Origin: a virus
Taxonomy: Duplodnaviria > Caudoviricetes
IMG/VR virus record: IMGVR_UViG_3300028908_000011
Location: 1 to 57,044 of that record
DNA: 57,044 nucleotides
Strand: one strand, 5' to 3'
Shown: in pieces, positions 55,991 to 57,044 of the stretch
Position numbering within the stretch: position 1 is the stretch's first letter
Layout of the letters: each line of letters begins with the position of its first letter
Made by a program: the position numbers and the translations under genes
Notes under the pieces: generated by a model
Database searches by the model: none
Seen by the model: the letters and a program-made list of their open reading frames with translations, nothing else
Told to the model about the DNA's origin: nothing

Positions 55991-56215
55991 TTAGCGGTTT
56001 GCTTTATTGTCTTTTGTCTTTATATGTGCATCCATAAGGCGTATAATGCTCAAAAGACTTACTATGTCTTCCCTGCTACCTCCTGACGCAAATAGCGCCT
56101 CAAGCTTTTGTGTTGCATCTCTCTTTATCTTGTATGCTTCATTTACATTGTCTATCGCTCTGTTTCCAAGTTCTGTAATCGGATCCTTTTTTTTCTTTTT
56201 AAAAAATCTAAACAT
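55991..56215 (-). CDS. Hypothetical protein
   Basis: 74 aa with RBS. Confidence 0.6.
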   Translation of the reverse strand: MFRFFKKKKKDPITELGNRAIDNVNEAYKIKRDATQKLEALFASGGSREDIVSLLSIIRLMDAHIKTKDNKANR

Positions 56216-56229
56216 CGCCCTACCCTCTC

Positions 56230-56604
56230 CTACATTTTATCAATATCAAAATCTACCTTGTTGTCAAACTCGTCTATGCTTTTATTTATAACATCTATGG
56301 CTATTTCTATATCTTTTAACTCCTCTGTGAGCTTATCTATCTCTTTTATTGTTTCTTTCAAAGTGTTTCCAGTTGTTAAAAGATCATCTCGTTTTAAGTC
56401 TGTAGCGTCATTTGAGTAGATCTTTGCTATCTTCTTAAAGTTTGCATTTAGACCTTTAAGCTCACTATTCAACGTCGCTCTCTCATCTAGTTTTTTAGCC
56501 TTTTTTTCCTGTAGTTTTTCAAGCTCATTTGTAAGCTTTTTTTCTACTTCTTCTATGTTCTTCATTATATGTTCAATAGAACTTTTTTTAACATCTACAT
56601 TCAT
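56230..56604 (-). CDS. Coiled-coil hypothetical protein
   Basis: 124 aa, AAGGAG RBS. Confidence 0.7.
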   Translation of the reverse strand: MNVDVKKSSIEHIMKNIEEVEKKLTNELEKLQEKKAKKLDERATLNSELKGLNANFKKIAKIYSNDATDLKRDDLLTTGNTLKETIKEIDKLTEELKDIEIAIDVINKSIDEFDNKVDFDIDKM

Positions 56605-56645
56605 TTTTTTACTCCTTGTTTTATTTTGTTTTGGTAAAATCTTTT

Positions 56646-56843
56646 TTAACTATCTTTGTCTATAAACGACTCCAAAAATATCTTTGATGGCTCTTTTCTT
56701 TCACATGTAAGGCACTCAAAATATCCCCTAAAGTCATCAAAGAAACTCTCTATGATGTAACTACTGAATCCGAATTTTTCTTCTAGTTCTTTATCTGAAA
56801 TAAGCACTTTATTTTTCTTATAACTGTCGATAAATAACTTCAT
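56646..56843 (-). CDS. Hypothetical protein
   Basis: 65 aa, ATGA overlap with upstream ORF. Confidence 0.6.
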   Translation of the reverse strand: MKLFIDSYKKNKVLISDKELEEKFGFSSYIIESFFDDFRGYFECLTCERKEPSKIFLESFIDKDS

Positions 56844-57007
56844 AATTTTTCTCTTTTTCTTTGCCTCCTTTTCAAAATTTTTTTGTCTTTGTCTAGCTCA
56901 TATTGATAGAGTAGGGCGGTTAAAAACGACCTCTTATCTTTTAACTCTGCTTCCATTTTTTCAAAATTTTTTATCAATTTTTTTATCGATTTTTTCTTGA
57001 TCTTCAT
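56840..57007 (-). CDS. 55-aa basic protein beginning within the terminal overlap (not in ORF track)
   Basis: MKIKKKSIKKLIKNFEKMEAELKDKRSFLTALLYQYELDK...; AAGGAG RBS. Confidence 0.55.
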   Translation of the reverse strand: MKIKKKSIKKLIKNFEKMEAELKDKRSFLTALLYQYELDKDKKILKRRQRKREKL

Positions 57008-57044
57008 GTATTTTTTTCTCCTTTTTTTATTAATTTTTTGTCAA
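56918..57044. repeat. 127-bp terminal direct repeat, copy 2
   Basis: Identical to 1-127. Confidence 0.95.

Larger units (their letters stand above)
1..57044. mobile_element. Complete circular myovirus-type phage genome (possible temperate phage-plasmid), probable Campylobacterota host
   Basis: Full head, neck, sheath, baseplate, lysis and replication gene set; exact terminal overlap; no host housekeeping genes seen. Confidence 0.92.

Noticed and set aside
829-56419. Numerous plus-strand ORFs of 60-197 aa
   Set aside because: Antisense shadows of well-supported minus-strand genes, with Ser/Phe/Leu-rich composition; only 11227, 16815 and 55765 are accepted
56918-57044. Biological terminal repeat
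   Set aside because: Length equals a standard assembler k-mer and it cuts through an ORF; best read as circular overlap
1-57044. tRNA genes or stop-codon reassignment
   Set aside because: No cloverleaf recognised by eye (tRNAscan not run); core genes are intact under the standard code

Overview
The window appears to be a complete, circularly assembled, AT-rich tailed phage genome of 56,917 bp. Bases 1-127 recur exactly at 56918-57044, consistent with an assembler overlap. Almost every gene is on the minus strand. It encodes a contractile-tail virion (terminase, DUF1073-type portal, gp7-like head protein, DUF2213-type protease, capsid, neck, DUF3383-type sheath, tube, frameshifted chaperone, tape measure, baseplate, fibres), a lysis cluster, RecE/RecT-like recombination genes, a tyrosine recombinase, SSB, dimeric dUTPase and a ParB-N/glycosyltransferase pair. 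SSB, dUTPase and promoter style suggest a Campylobacterota host (inference). The most notable features are: (1) a five-unit phased array of TGGAACAC sites abutting a multi-TM/coiled-coil/wHTH gene, a candidate membrane-tethering or partition system; (2) ten dispersed copies of a ~80-bp promoter/palindromic-operator cassette, many inserted among structural genes; (3) two separate replicons, a lambda O-like gene with internal iterons and an antisense-RNA-like leader, and a plasmid-type RepL gene with 22-bp iterons, suggesting a phage-plasmid; (4) a second probable -1 frameshift fusing a membrane anchor to a coiled-coil/tail-collar protein; (5) structured non-coding segments. All protein family calls come from motif recognition by eye, not from database searches.
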